This document shows positions 1 through 17,974 of a stretch of DNA of 64,000 nt, one piece after another (the stretch's first letter is position 1; each line of letters opens with the position of its first letter). A program made the translations under genes and the position numbers. Under the pieces are notes generated by a model that was not told where the DNA came from, made no database searches, and saw only the letters and a program-made list of their open reading frames with translations. The DNA comes from the human T2T-CHM13v2.0 reference genome, Homo sapiens, in NCBI RefSeq assembly GCF_009914755.1, contig NC_060927.1; one strand, given 5' to 3'.

Positions 1-751
1 AGATTCTCTGCCCTTCATTGGCTTTTGGAGAATCAGCTCAAGGGTAAAAGGGTATAGGATAGAAGGAGCAAATGGGCCAGATGTTTGTGGTCATTTCCTT
101 CCATTTCCAGCCAGACATAGCTGATTGATCATGGTGCCTCTTCTCACTAAACACAGGCATGTTTGCAACATCATTCTCTATTGGAATTGGCACATGAAAC
201 TTATATACCATCCTTGATAAATGACATTGTTTTTTTCTGTTGATGTAGTCCCAATTTTACCCATATTAACTTTTAAAAAAAAAGATTGTCTTATCTTAGT
301 AGAAATATCTAAGCTCAGCTGAAGAAATAGATTCTATAAATACCCTTACAACCTAAACGCTAATTTTATCCCTAGATGAGTTGAGATGTGCACCTGAATT
401 TGTCTCTTGCATCTGAATCAGGGCCAATTGCTAAGCTCTATTAACAGAAGTATGTAATTAAGATAAAGGGCAGGAGCAGGACAGCCAGTCCTAAAATTAG
501 CTCTTGCCTTGATGTTCCCCAGGTGCAAGTGCACACAGCCTTGGTCCTTTCATTCTGGATGCACCCGATTTCCTTTTCAAGATGTGTGCAGGCCTTACCA
601 GGATTTCCAAAAGCTTGGTTCTGGCTCAGGTTGGGAAGCTGAGATTGTTTTCTCCTGTGGGTTGTTATTCGTGTTTGAAATGTCCTCTGGCACCTTAGAA
701 CCTTTTTGCGTAAATATTCTTTAAGATAGGTGTCACATTATTTATGTTTAG

Positions 752-1170
<419 letters not shown>

Positions 1171-1469
1171 TAAAGAAGGGATTTTAAGCCTACCTGTCAA
1201 GGGATACCAGTATAGCTACACATTTCACTCATGTGACTTTGGGAGGGAAGAGCTTGAACTCTGCTATTCCTAATGTGCATCCTTGGGCAAGGCATGCACC
1301 TTGTCATGTGCTCTAGTATCCTAGATGAAATGGAGATGGCATCAGTACCGACCCCTCAGGGTTGGTATAAGGATTAAATCAAAGACATAACAGACATTTG
1401 TAAGTCAACAAACACAGTGCTTGGCATATGAAGCTAAGATGTAGGTAACTGCACATTAGAGGTGGGAGG

Positions 1470-2010
<541 letters not shown>

Positions 2011-3311
2011 TTATAAGGACAAAATAAGACCATGAATCTGAAAATGGGTTGAAGATATAAGTGTAAGTTATTATCTGAACACATTGTTAAAAGCTTAAAA
2101 AATGAACAAAACAAAAAACCTCTCAGCTTTTCAGAGCCTATTTGGGGCTCAAGACATTCCAATCAAGTATGAAAACAAAGTCAGTAAGTACCAGGAAACA
2201 TTCAGGGACCCCTACAAGTTACTCAAATCTACACTTGTCCCGAAATTCAGGATATCCATTTGTGTTGGTGACACCTATTTTTTTTCATTCAACACAGAAG
2301 CCAGAGTGGTCAGCTATTTTTGAGGTGAAAGTTAAAGCAGGCATAACTGTGCTGTTGACAATGTTGGCGACTGGCCCCAGTGAAGGGGGTTATGCAGACA
2401 ATACCCCTAAGTACAGTGGCAGATTGGGAGGGTGGAGGTCTCTCCTCAGTCACATCACTCCAGATGAGCCATCAGCGGCTGCAAGGCAAGATTTCTACTA
2501 ACAACGTAGAGATGTGCCACTTCCAGGAATCTACCTACAAATGAGGGCAAAACCAGAGTTAACCTACCATAGCAGAAACACAACAAAGAACACAATGAGA
2601 TACAGTGAAAGGGAGTCTAACCTCTAGAAACCATAATCAGATCAGCCTGTAGTTTTTCCTTGAGTTGTAATTAGCAGCTGTTGTTCAGTTCAAGCACTAA
2701 GATGAGCCCAGCTGTCTCATTCTGAGGACAATCAACAGTCCAAGAGCAAAAACATGGCACAGCTTCTATCATTATAATTAGAAAGAACTCATTTTTAAGA
2801 ATTATCACACCTAATATGAAATATTTTGTCCTCAAACTTTTCCTATTCTATTTTTTATCACCACCCCCACCCACTGACTTATTAACAATATTTTTATGCC
2901 CTGATTCCCTGAAGACAGTTAACAGACCATTTTAAAAATATATTTTCTCATTCGACCCTTACTCAATTCTGGGAGATATGCCTGGTAAGGATTAGTCTCC
3001 CCATCTGACAGCTGACTTAACTAAGGCTCAGAAAGATGCAGACAACTGCCTGTAATCCTCAAGTTAATAAGTCGAAGGACAGAGCCAAGAACCTAGGTTT
3101 GCTCAGTTTTATACCAACGCTCCATCACAAAATTACACATTTAAAATGCTTCCTATGCAGACACTATTCAAAGCACTGTCACTGCCTTTATATAACCAGT
3201 AAGCCTCAAACATGGAAGATTTTAAGAGGATTTATATAGAAATAATGTAAAACATACATTCAAACAGGTAGAGAGTGAAGATGGGAAGGATATTTGACCA
3301 CATTCTCAGCT

Positions 3312-3482
3312 CAGTGTTTTTAAATTCTGGCTGCACGCTAGACTTGTCCAATGAACTTTTTAGAAGTTCTGTACTCCATTCCCATAAATTTTGATTTAAT
3401 CAGTGAAGCATGAGGCATTGGTATTTTTTTATATCTTCCCACATGAGTCTAATGTAATGCTACTGTGGAGAACCACTGCTAT
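3312..3482. mobile_element. MER5-like hAT-Charlie MITE
   Basis: CAGTGTTTTTAAA...GAGAACCACTGC termini. Confidence 0.6.
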
Positions 3483-3535
3483 AGGTCAAAGATTAGTATA
3501 AACAGTACATGAGCCAGGAGTGGTACATGAGATGA

Positions 3536-3871
<336 letters not shown>

Positions 3872-4866
3872 TAATTTTTTAATGTTATACAGTTGTTGTG
3901 TCATTTTACTGAATATTTGGGGAAAGTTAGCTGTCATATAAAACCTATGATTTTACAGTTTTTACAGACTAAAGTTTAAGAAGTAATTTGATTGAAAGAA
4001 AAATATAAATAAAACTGGTTCAGGTGGTACACAGATATGAAGAAATTAAGAAAGTAGTTCAAGAATGACTAAAGTCTAGAGATCTGATGATGATGATGAT
4101 GATAATGAAGAGGATTATCTTGTGAGGAAATAAAGAGGAAGTAGCAGACACAGGAGGAAGAGCTGGCAAGACCTGAGTGAGATTAACGTGAGGCAGGGGA
4201 GGGAAAGAAAGAGGTAATACAAGTCACCACGGCAAGGTGCGGGATCATGAACTCAAGTTCAGTATCTTGCTCCAAGTACTATAAATACCAGGCAGGTTCT
4301 CGGTCAGCATTCCACCACTGGCAAAAATGGAAAAGTTAAAGATTAGGGAGGTTACTGAGGGAAGACCAACATCTAAATCAACCGCTCAGGCTTGTTCCCT
4401 AACGGAAGATTTACAAGTCTCTTAGGATGAGTACCGCCTACCAAAGAATGACCCTCTGGTAAGGGAGACTCTCCTTGTTTAGCCGAAGCTTCTAACACCA
4501 GATGAGCATAGCTGTCAGGCCATTCTCAAGCACATGCTTCAAGATTCATTCTTCAGATTTCAGTTCCTGCTATGGCATGATGTTCCTTTGAGCCGGTTTG
4601 CCTCTTAGCACAGAGTAACTATGATGAGCCTGAACCCAGTATAACGTAACATTCCTAAAGGCCAAGTGTTGTAAACTGGACCTGCTCAGAAAGAGAATGC
4701 TGACTATAAAAACTTAGTCATCTTCAAATATATAGGCCATTGTGCAGAAGAACTTAGGTGGTATATATACAGATACAGAAATAAATAATGGTAAATCATA
4801 TTTTGGGAAAAATTATTTCCTTTCTAATTCTCTATCAAACCTTCTGATTTTGAATCTCAGATCTCA

Positions 4867-5351
4867 GCTGGATGTGGTGGTGCATGCCTGTCGTCCTAGA
4901 TACTTGGGAGGCTGAGGCAAAAGAATCACTTGAGCCCAGGAGTTTGAGCCTGCAGTGACCTATGATCATATCACTGCACTCCAGCCTGGGTGATGGAGTG
5001 AGACCCTGTCTCTAAAAAATAAAAGTAAATGAGTCTGGGCACGGTGGCTCACACCTGTAATCCCAGCACTTTGGGAGGCCAAGGTGGGCAGATCACTTGA
5101 GGTCAGGAGTTGGAGACCAGCCCGGCCAACAGCGAGAAACTCCATTTCTACTAAAAATGCAAAAATCAGCCAGGCGTGGTAGCATGCGCCTGTAGTCCCA
5201 GCTACTCAGGAAGCTGAGGCAGGAGAATTGTTTGAACCCAGAAGGTGGCGGTTGCAATGAGCTGAGATCTGCCACTGCACTCCAGTCTGGGCGACAGAGC
5301 GAGAGACTCTGTCTAAAAAAAAAAAAAAGGTAAAAAAAAAAAAAAAAAGAA
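4867..5351 (+). mobile_element. Alu monomer (4867-5028) followed by a full Alu (5033-5351)
   Basis: Two consecutive Alu bodies with A tails. Confidence 0.93.
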
Positions 5352-5744
5352 AGTTAATGATACTGTAATATATGAATATGGCAAAACTCATGAAGCTGGT
5401 TTCCAAGTGACTTACATTTGACACTTCTGCCTCCAATACCATTTCTGAGTGTCCTTCCTCAATGGTACTATGAAAGTGTTCCTCTCCAGTGTCAGTGTAC
5501 TTATGAAACCTAGGTGACAGAACCAGACGTCGCTTTTTCTTGTTCCCAGGAAACTGAGGAAATAGCTTGGGTGAGCTAATGCAAGCAGACTACCTCCTGG
5601 CCTGTTTCTGATGCAATGAAATTCTAATACTTAACAAACACTACAACATTTTAAGACTTTGCTCTGACTGACCAAATATGAGTTTTGATCTAGATATCTT
5701 TCTTGCTTAGACTCTTCCCTAAATCACACGGTGGTATCAGTTTA

Positions 5745-6066
<322 letters not shown>

Positions 6067-6847
6067 CATAAATCCGAATGCCATGAGAAACAAGCATGCA
6101 AGATGATGGCATGGAAGGGTTTGGGTGCCAGAGAAAGTCGGAGTTTGGTCATGGGTAAGTTAACCTCACAAAACCATAACATCCTCAAGAAGTTGTAGGA
6201 GAATCAGATGAAAAAATGCACAGAAGGTACCTCATACACTAACTGGCATATAATAGGCACTTCATAAATGTCAGCTCTCCCTTTCTTGAATAACCCACAC
6301 AGTTGCACATCTAAGGAAACAGTGACTCACCTATATCTTGACAAAGACAGTCCTTCCATAGATTATTTAGTACAAGTATTTCCTCTACTCCTCCAGATCC
6401 TTGAGTACTAGCCTTTATTGTCTGTGGTGAAATAACATGGATTGAGTGCAGTTTGCATTGAAGAAAACCTGAGCAAAAAACAGTGAACAACTGTGGTAGC
6501 TATGTCTTGCCTGCCAGAAAGCAGTACCTTTCCCTTGATTTCCAACACTCTGCTTCCCTTCAATACCAGGACTGTCTAACCAAAGCTTTCCAAGGACCCT
6601 TCCAAGGGGATCTTGTTAAAATGCAGATTATCATCTAATACATCTGGGAGGGCAACCAAAATTCTGTATTTAACAAGCTCTCGGGAGATGTGAAAGCTGC
6701 TAGTTGGCACATGGACCATATTTTGAGTAATAAAACCCTCAATACCACCAACGCCTTCCAGATCCAGGAAAGACAACAAGGGAACAAGGGGCAGAGACTT
6801 TATCAGAAATTCCTTTCTCTTTCCAAGAATCTGGGCATCATTTCGGC

Positions 6848-7146
6848 TTTATTTTTATTGTTGTTGTTGTTATTGTAGGGTTTCACTCTCTCACCTAGGC
6901 TGGAGTGAAGTGGCATGATCATGGCTCACTGCAGCCTCAATCTCCTGGGTCAAAAGATCCTCCCGCCTCAGCCTCCTGAGTAGATGGGACTACAGGCACA
7001 CGCCATCATGCCTGGCTATGTTTTTTTTAATTATTTTTAGTAGAGGCGGGGTCTCACTATATTGCCCAGGGTGGTCTAGAACTCCTGTGCTCAAGCGATC
7101 CTCTTGCCTCAGCCTCCCAAAGTGCTGGGACTACATGCACCTGGCT
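6848..7146 (-). mobile_element. Alu (AluJ-like)
   Basis: Diverged reverse Alu body. Confidence 0.9.
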
Positions 7147-7970
7147 TCATTACAGCTTTATTTCCAGATGCTTCATATGGAAATGAAATGTCTAAGAGCA
7201 TCCCATTTAACTGAGAGCCATCACAGCAGGCCACATGGAGCTGCTTATAAATGACAGATTACTCATTTTCTTTTTTTTGCTTTACATGGTTTTACCAGCA
7301 ACCCATCTGATACCAGTTTCCCCACTGAGGCTTAAAATGACACCTCTGCCTCACTTATTCCACAGGGTGTGGACCTATGTTGACAGAACAAGAACCCATG
7401 TAGCTAGAGATGGGTGATTTGCAGCAGAAACCCACAGGCAATTAGAAGAACCAGCAAGCCCTTACTGAACACCTACTGAACAAGAATAACTCACAGAGAA
7501 ACACACTTCACACATTAGTCTTTCATTCAACAAATAGTTATGGGGCACTAATTGGGTGCCAAGCACTGTTCAAGCCTCCATGGACTGAACCCAAAAACTT
7601 GTTCACCATTGTAGCCTTTACACCCTTGATACGCTTAATTTTCTTTTAATCAAATTGAATGAAACTTGATCACAAGCCTGTGAGTTAGGCAGTTCAAGTG
7701 TGATCTCATCAACCACTGTGTGACATCATCTTACATCATTTTCAGACTCTGTGAAGTAAGCATTACCTGTAGCTAATAAATCACTCACACACACACATAG
7801 CTTGGGGTCAGTAAGTCAACTTCTCCCAGGTAACACAATTAGCTAACCCTGGAAATGGAACAAAATTCTACCTGATTGCAAGGTTCATGCCCATAACCTC
7901 TAGTCTGTGCTCCCTCCCCAGAGAAGAAAGGTAATTCCCTGCCTGCCCTCAAGAAGTTTACCATCTCCTA

Positions 7971-8372
<402 letters not shown>

Positions 8373-8534
8373 CTAGAACACAGCAAAGAGTGAGAGACTC
8401 AGTGCCCTTTTCAAAATACTTTCAACTTAGAAATGCTTATTAGTATCTCCCCTCCTCATATGCTAAGCACCCCCTGAGGTAGACAGGCAACCCAGTCGGT
8501 CCACCCTGGGTGCTGACTAAAGACTTCTTGAATG

Positions 8535-8830
8535 TATCTGTTTCAATTATCTACTGTTTTGTATCAGACTACCCAAAACTTAGTGGCTTAGAACAACCAA
8601 CCACCATTTCATCTCTCTTACAACTCTGTGCATTTAGAATGTGAACAGGGAATGCAGTATCTTCTGTCTCAGCTCCCTGAGCTATCTGTTGGGGTGAACC
8701 ATCTGGGGTCCCAGCTAGAATGGCTCAGACAGCTGGGTGCTGGCTCAAATTGCTTAGCTGGAATCACAGTATCATCACTTCTATCACACTCTTAAAGTGG
8801 TGCACAAGCCCTGTGTACCTTCAACAGGAG
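8535..8830 (-). mobile_element. MLT1 (MaLR) LTR fragment
   Basis: ACTACCCAAAACTTAGTGGCTTAGAACAAC motif typical of the MLT1 3' end in reverse. Confidence 0.65.
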
Positions 8831-9881
8831 GGGACTCTCTAGGCACATGAAGTGGGTTTCACTGAGGCTATCTAGCCAACAGCTGACTGTAACTTACACA
8901 CATCAATGAATGAACAAACTTCAATCACTGGCTCCATTCCTCTTTCCTCTGTCCTCCACAAAGACCAGTCATTTGCAGAGAGGAAATTAACTCATTGTTT
9001 CCCTTAACCATGGGAAAGAAACAAAGGGTTAAGTGGTCAGGTGCTAAACCTGAGGGGCATGGAGTTCTTAGACAGAAAGCTCCTCCATCCACATATAAGT
9101 TTCTCGGGGACAAAAACATTGTCTGTTCCCCACTGACCCTCAACTCTTGCCCATACTGCAGGCTCTAGAAAACTCGGAAGGAACCGTGATCCTCTGATGA
9201 GTCACTCAGCCTTGGCTTCTCCCTGGTGAAGACAGACAACAAGAAACACATTTCCATAAAGGTGCTGAGATAAGCAAAAACATAAATAACAAATGCAATA
9301 TGGTCTAGAGATGGACTTGTTACACAATGGTGCTGTCCAGAGGAGTTCAGCAATAGCCAATAATTACAATGAGTCATTAGTAGGTGAGTGGCTCACACCG
9401 TCCCAATGCAGGAGAGCCAAGAAATAATAAGACAGGTCAATTCAATCCCACTGAAAGCTCAAGTTAATAAGAAATTTAAATATTTTTCAAAGAGTAGAGG
9501 TGATACAGACAAGAGGACACATCCTTTTCATCCATTTCCCCATAAGGATATACGGCTCCCTTAAAGGGTTTTTTTTTTGAGAAAGAGATCAGATCCTAAA
9601 TGTATCACGAGGCCCCAAATGGTAAATTCAAATCCTATTCAAACTATTGTCAGGGAAGGAGAGAAAATGACAGACTAGCAAGCACATTCCTGAAGCAGCA
9701 AATTTAACAACCTCCCATAATCTCTTCCAGCTGAGCATGCGCTGCTCCACCCGGCCCTTCTATTCCCATTTGTAATTATTCAGTGCATTCATTTCTATCC
9801 TCCTCAACAGCTATCTAAGTCTGTTCTCTGGGAATCCTGTGAATATTTTCAGACAAAAAATTGTGCGGCAATTAAAAAGCT

Positions 9882-10061
<180 letters not shown>

Positions 10062-10124
10062 TCAGCTTTCTAAAAAATAACCAGAGTTCTAAGAATTTGG
10101 GTCCCAGAACCTACAAATTAAATT

Positions 10125-10352
10125 GGAATCTACGACCCACCATTCATTAGTTAGGTAACACTACTGAACTTCGCAACTGGGCAACTATTGAACTTCTCTG
10201 AGCCTCAGTTTCCTCATCTAGAATATGGAAATAATTACAGCACCTACCTCCTAGAATGTTAAGGAGGATAAAAAAAATGATACCATGTATTTCAAGGTCT
10301 TCACCTGCAACACAGAACACAATAAGCTCTCAATAATTGCCAGCTACTATTA
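10125..10352 (+). mobile_element. MIR
   Basis: Core CTCTGAGCCTCAGTTTCCTCATCT. Confidence 0.8.
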
Positions 10353-11269
10353 TAACTTGTCTTTTTATACTGCACCTAACCCCAAATTAACAGTGCAACA
10401 CTTCATTTTTTTTTAAATCTCATAATTCCACCCCATTCAATCCTAACTAAATTTAAAATACACACCAAAAACTAAAAAAGAGATACAGGCACAGCTGCCA
10501 AATGGCAAGTAAAAAGCCGTAATTTTCCATCATTGGAATATATTTAGTGATAACTATAAATGAAAAACTAAGGGGGGGGGGGGGGAAGCGAGCCCCCACT
10601 TAAAGTTACCCTTCCAGTCTGACAGTCTGAAAACCAAAAATGAAGTCAGACTTCCGCTCGCTTCACTCCTTTCCACTCCCGTCTGTCAAAGTTGGGTGGA
10701 GAACTCCCACATTTCCTGTTCTGAGCCCGGAGCTCTCTGCCAGGTAAAGCAATAGACACTCCAGCTTGTGCTGGGACAGCTGGGACCATCGGAGGGCCGG
10801 GCACTCACGAAGTTTCATATCATTCTTTCTAGGTTAGTTCTGATGAAATCAACACCCTGAACTGAAGGCCCCGGGCGGCCAAGATAAAAGATTAAGTCAT
10901 CAAATGACTAGCATACTTGCTTCTTAACAAGCAACTCTTGTGGTTGTCATACACGAATGACGTCATCTCCAACACACACCTTGTCAGGTATTCTATTCCC
11001 AATTTTCTCACAGCTGAAAAGGAACCAGACTGCTGATTTTCTCAATTTGCTTAGCAGAGGCAGAAATTTAATTGGGATATATATGGTTCTTTAGATTTTC
11101 TTCTGCAGATTATTTTGCCTCCAGCACTTTACATTCCCCAGGGAATGGTTTTTGTTGTAGGGAGTACTTAAAAATGCATCTATGTACCCACCCTACCTCA
11201 GTGGAAGTGGTCTGGCAGCACCTCCTCACATACCCTGACCACCAGCAGCACTGTGCAAGACCTTATACA

Positions 11270-11742
<473 letters not shown>

Positions 11743-11907
11743 CTACCCACCATCTAAAATTCTCTTGTTCAACTATTGCTTTTGTGTTTCCTCTTTTCCC
11801 TCTCCACACACACCCTCTCCCCCTCGACACCAGGAACCTAAGACCCATGAGAGCAAGGACTGTTCGCCAACTCTAGTCTCACAAGACAAGGCAAAATAGT
11901 AGTTGTT

Positions 11908-12440
<533 letters not shown>

Positions 12441-13090
12441 GCAAGCTCTCAATAAACATTTGCTGAAGTAACAAATGAAAAGACTCAACTTGTTAGCACT
12501 TGCAAAAACCCATTAATTGTGACAATTCTGCAACAAATCAAGTATTAAGCCTAGTTTTTACTCTAGAATATACTCCTTTAATAAAAATTACATATTTAGA
12601 GGTTAAGATTTAAGAGACCAAGACTAATCTGTTAGGCCTTCCTTATTTGACTAGAGCCAAAAGATAATGATCACTTATCCCATTTGTAGATTATACTCTG
12701 AAACCATTTGATGGTTTTTTTGGGGGGTTTTTCTTTTTTTTTACCCTTTCCTTTCCTAAAATGCTGGTGAAAGCTTCAAGCCCATAAGATACCAATTTTT
12801 ACAGGGTACTATTCCTTTCATCTAATGCAAAAAGCCTTGAAGCTCATAAAAATGAGGCTATGAACTTTTAAGGCACATAGCTTGTAGGGTTAGTGTTGAT
12901 GTATTTCCATTACTTGAAACATTTAATGGAAGTAGTTTAACAGTTCACTTACATATTGTGTTTACAGTTATTTCATTTCTTAACAGAGAATAGAATCACA
13001 TCTAAATGGGGATAAAATCGCATTACATTCTAGAAGTACCTTTTCATTCTGACCCTTTATCACTCAAGGTAAGGGCTATAAAAGAATCCC

Positions 13091-13293
13091 TTTTTTAAAA
13101 AAAAAATTTATTTGAAGTTCCGGGGTACATGTGCAGGATGTGCAGGTTTGTTAGGTAGGTAAACATGTGCCATGGTGGTTTGCTGCACCTATCAGCCATC
13201 CCTTAGGTATTAAGCCCAGCATGCATTAGCTATTTTTCCTGATGCTCTCCTCCGCACAACCCCGCACTCCCTGACAGGCACCAGTGTGTGTTG
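13091..13293 (-). mobile_element. Severely 5'-truncated L1PA (3' UTR end) with TSD
   Basis: GGGGTACATGTGCAGGATGTGCAGGTTTGTT...CATGGTGGTTTGCTGCACCTATC; flanks AAAAGAATCCCTTTTT / AAAAGAAGCCCTTTTT. Confidence 0.9.
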
Positions 13294-13962
13294 AAAAGAA
13301 GCCCTTTTTCAATGAAATTATAATTTAGGGGGATAAGGAGAGGAAAGACAGGCAGAAATGAGAAAGAATCAATAAAATCTGGGAGCAATATGCTTCCTCA
13401 TCTATGGTACTGATATGCTTACTTTCAATGTGCCAAGCATATGCAATATCAAAATTTCACATGTATAAATGATTATGACCTACCGATATCTTTCTTTACC
13501 CCTCAAGTGTGAGGGGAAAAAAATGGGAAAAGCACCTAACAGAGTCTTCAGGCCTTATGGCAAATATATGGTGAAATATTCCATGAATAAAACAAGTCTA
13601 TTTTAACATATACTTTCAGACCACCTTGGGAAGTTAATCGTTTTCTCCATCTCAAATCACTTTCTACACATGGTATTAATGTTGGTTTATTCCTTTCTTT
13701 ATTATCTGATTGCTAAGTTCCCTTTTAAGCCACAATAGGACACACCAATGCTCCACAATCGTTTTGCCATTAAGAACTAGTTGCATCATGTTTTGCAAAT
13801 ACAGCCCAGTTCGAGAAGTCTGTGTTCCCCAACTGTGCTTTCGAACTAATAAGTAACCTATCTGCCCCCGAGAGAGCCACTGTAACCACACAGAGTTAAC
13901 CTTACTCTACCTAAAAGTAAAGAAACTTGACATTTTAGTTAAACTAGGTAACCATATCTTGA

Positions 13963-14310
<348 letters not shown>

Positions 14311-15398
14311 CTTGTTCCCTTTTAATGATAAAACAGCTTGACATTCCTTCCCCAGATGCCTTTTAAGGCCTCCAATTGGGCTCAAGAAACCAGGCTGGGA
14401 GGTGATGTTCTGTTTTAATCCCTATTTCTCCATCTCTTTCTTCCTACCCCAATTAAATTTTCTTATTGAAATAAACGCAGGGTTTAAAAAAAAAAATTTC
14501 TAAACCTAATACGACTAAGGCAAAAATAATCCCAACACACATACTGTGATGCTTCTACCTTGATTACTTACCAAGGGTAAATAATGGCACAAGATGGGCC
14601 TTGTGGGAAATAAAAGCTAAAACTGTCCAAAGGCACCAGACATGATGAAAGGTATTCCACACTGGAGTATTTCAACCAGGAAGCAGGTGAGCCAGAGAGC
14701 TCTGCTCAGCCCCCATGGTGGGGCAGGACTCAGCACAAGGGGCTTGGCCCAACATGGGCAGTTAATGGGTGTTTACTTCCTGTCCATGGCAGGGCAACAT
14801 CCTGCATCACAGGCTAAACCTTTCATATCAGGCTTTTACAGAAGGGCAGCAATTATTATCCTCTCAGCCCACCAATTTTAATGAAAACCCATGGCAGGCC
14901 AGGCCCTGTCTAAAGTGCTTCACAGCCATTATTTCATTTAGTCATCCCAATGACCCAGTGAACAATTAGGAAATTGAAGCTCCAAAAGTTGCAGTCGGCA
15001 TGTATTAAGATATTATAAAGATGTCTTGTCCTGGTGCTGGAGATACATAGCAAAATGGAAAAGATGAAATTATTCTCTTCAAGGGACCTGCTATCAAATA
15101 GGGGAGACAGAAAGGTCTTTAGAAAATAATAGAATGTAGTTAGAAGAAACAAATTCAGGGTGCCCAGAGAAGGCCCCTAAGTATTTGGGGGTGGAGGATC
15201 TCAAGGCCATGGTATTTGAGCTCAGTCTTGAAGAACAAGTAGGAATTGGTTCGATTAGGATGGAATAGGTGAAGGGGGATGAAGACCTCCCAGGAGTAAA
15301 GAACTCACCTCAGTGAGGTTTTCAAAAAGAAAATTTTAAAATAAACTTTGAATATTCAAAAAAGATATATAATATCTAAAAATTATTATGATTATGCT

Positions 15399-15528
15399 AG
15401 ATCCAAACCACTAAAACCTCCACCAACTTATCCACAGACCAAAGTTCAGATATGCCAAGATTTATAAAACGACTGCAATGTCATGCTAGAAAGAAAAGAG
15501 TATCAGCCTCACAGGACTCAATAAAAAT
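15399..15528 (+). repeat. Dispersed 130-bp duplication, copy 2
   Basis: Ungapped match to 11270-11399 with 9 mismatches. Confidence 0.95.
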
Positions 15529-16542
15529 CTAAAATGTAAACACTTGACAGACAAGATCCCTCTGAATCCTCACAACTGGAGGAGGCAGGTCCGATAATTA
15601 TCCCTGTTTTATACGGGGGAAACTGAGGCTCAGACAGGTTACATAACATGGCTTAAAATCACATGACAAATAAGCAGACCCCAACCCTATATAATGCAGA
15701 AACTTACATGTCCGTGGCCTTAACAGCTGCTCCTACCTGCCCTTCCAATTTTGCTTCCTGTCCAGTTCATAACAATGTGTCTACCTAACAAAAAACAAGT
15801 AGTCTGAAGAACAATGGAAAATTTTGGACATCTGTGCCAATTTTAATTAAATAATTGCTTGTCCACAGGCCAAGCTGTTAAAGCCTTTAGAAAAACACGG
15901 AAGCTGAAAGCTCTCACATATATTAAACAAAAGTGATCCTATATGATCACTAGCAAGGTCCAAACCTTCCCCTTGCCTCAGTACTTGTTCCCAAATCAAG
16001 CTCAGGTTTGATCAACCACTTCCCGCCTCAAGTCTTATAAGCCCCAGTGTGCTCAGACCTTCTGAAGCCACTTGACAGGCTTCCTGCTTCAATTTCATAG
16101 ATTGAGTCTCATAAACAAAAACAAATGCCAAGCACAAAAATCTCTTGGCAATAAAGGGGCCTGCATTAGTTCTCCTCAGGTAAGGATTAACTTCAATATT
16201 TAGCTTAGAAATAAGGCATTTTAAGTTCGCATTTTCAGAAACACTGGGCAAATTTGCAGAAAAGAAAAAAACACGTCTGGATGGGGAGGGGAGATCTCAC
16301 TGCATTAAATGTTTCTATAATAAATAATTCCCTGAGGTACCAATTTTAATCACTTGACATTTTGTTTCCTTTTAATGCAAACATACAGAACACAATACTA
16401 CCATTTCCAATTTTATTTGTAAGGATCTAGCTCTTAGGTAGGAATTAGGGACATTTCATGGGGTGGGGGGTGGTGGTGAAGATCTCTGTCTTTTCTGAAA
16501 TGACTTGATGCTGCTTAAAACTCACCTGTCCCACATAGACTA

Positions 16543-16849
16543 TTTTTCTTTTCTTTTTTTGTTTTTTGGGGACAGACTCTCACTCTCTTCCCAGGCTGGA
16601 GTACAGTGGCGCGATCTCGACTCACTGCAGCCTCCACCTCCCTGGTAGAGGGATTCTCCTGCCTGAGCCTCCCGAGTAGCTGGGATCACAGGCACCCGCC
16701 ACCACACGCAGCTAATTTTTTGTATTTTTGGTAGAGACAGGGTTTCTCCATGTTGGTCAGGCTGGTCTCGCACTCCTGACCTCAGGTGATCTGCCCACCT
16801 CAGCCTCCCAAAGTGCTGGGATTACAGGCATGAGCCACTGCACCTGGCC
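16543..16849 (-). mobile_element. Alu (AluS-like)
   Basis: Reverse Alu; TSD-like CTATTTTTC. Confidence 0.95.
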
Positions 16850-17407
16850 TATTTTTCAAAAATAGTGCTTCTGATTCACTGCACTTCAAAGGTGGCCTTC
16901 CTGGTATTTTCAGGTACAACAAGCATAGTAAGGGCCATTTGTCCAGACAGGTAAATTGCACCTAATGATTGACACTAACAGGAGAATTATTAATAGTACA
17001 GAGCTGGAATAAACAACAACCACTACATACACACACATATACACAGTCCCAGGGAGTATTAGATCTATAGTCATGTATTTAGGCAAAACTTCCCTTTGAA
17101 CTGCTTTGATCCATCTGCCCTGAACATATGAAAGAAGAAGAGATAACTTTGATACCTGTAAGACTGTGAAGATGAACAGGGCAGTTGGTGCAAAACTACA
17201 AAGCCCTTTCCCCTTGAACAGCAGAGTCACAGGGGCAGCCATAAACCCTAATACAAACTCTTCCCTCCTTCCCTCTCCTTCTTACCAGCCATTCGCCACC
17301 ACCTCCCCATGTGGAGACAAGGACACACCACAGCAACTGCAATTCAGCCACAGAGTAATGGAGAGTGGAGATTTGGCTTGTTGATTCAAGGTTAAAGAGG
17401 AGAGGCA

Positions 17408-17802
<395 letters not shown>

Positions 17803-17876
17803 AGCTTCAACTGTTTTTAAGGGTAACTTGGTAACTGTGTAGAGGAAATTCTCACTTTTTTGTTTGTTTGGTTTTT

Positions 17877-17974
17877 GGTTAGTCAAGTAAAGTAGTGAGA
17901 GTAGAGAAAGAACAAAGAAATCTGTAACCAGTTGTGACCAACCAGTTGTAAACACCACTGCACTCAGACAAGCT
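17877..17974 (-). pseudogene. Y3 RNA (RNY3) retro-pseudogene with A-rich tail (17856-17876)
   Basis: Reverse complement AGCTTGTCTGAGTGCAGTGGTGTTTACAAC...GTTACAGATTTCTTTGTTC...ACTTGACTAACC is colinear with hY3 as recalled, about 14 differences in 98 nt. Confidence 0.9.

Noticed and set aside
2120-2142. CTTTTCAGAGCC resembling a histone mRNA stem-loop
   Set aside because: The 5' arm GGCTCT is absent, so no stem forms, and there is no histone-like sequence upstream.
9198-9377. Two AP-1 sites (TGAGTCA at 9198-9204 and 9370-9376)
   Set aside because: The number of AP-1 heptamers in the window is near chance expectation, and the pairing alone is too weak to call an enhancer.
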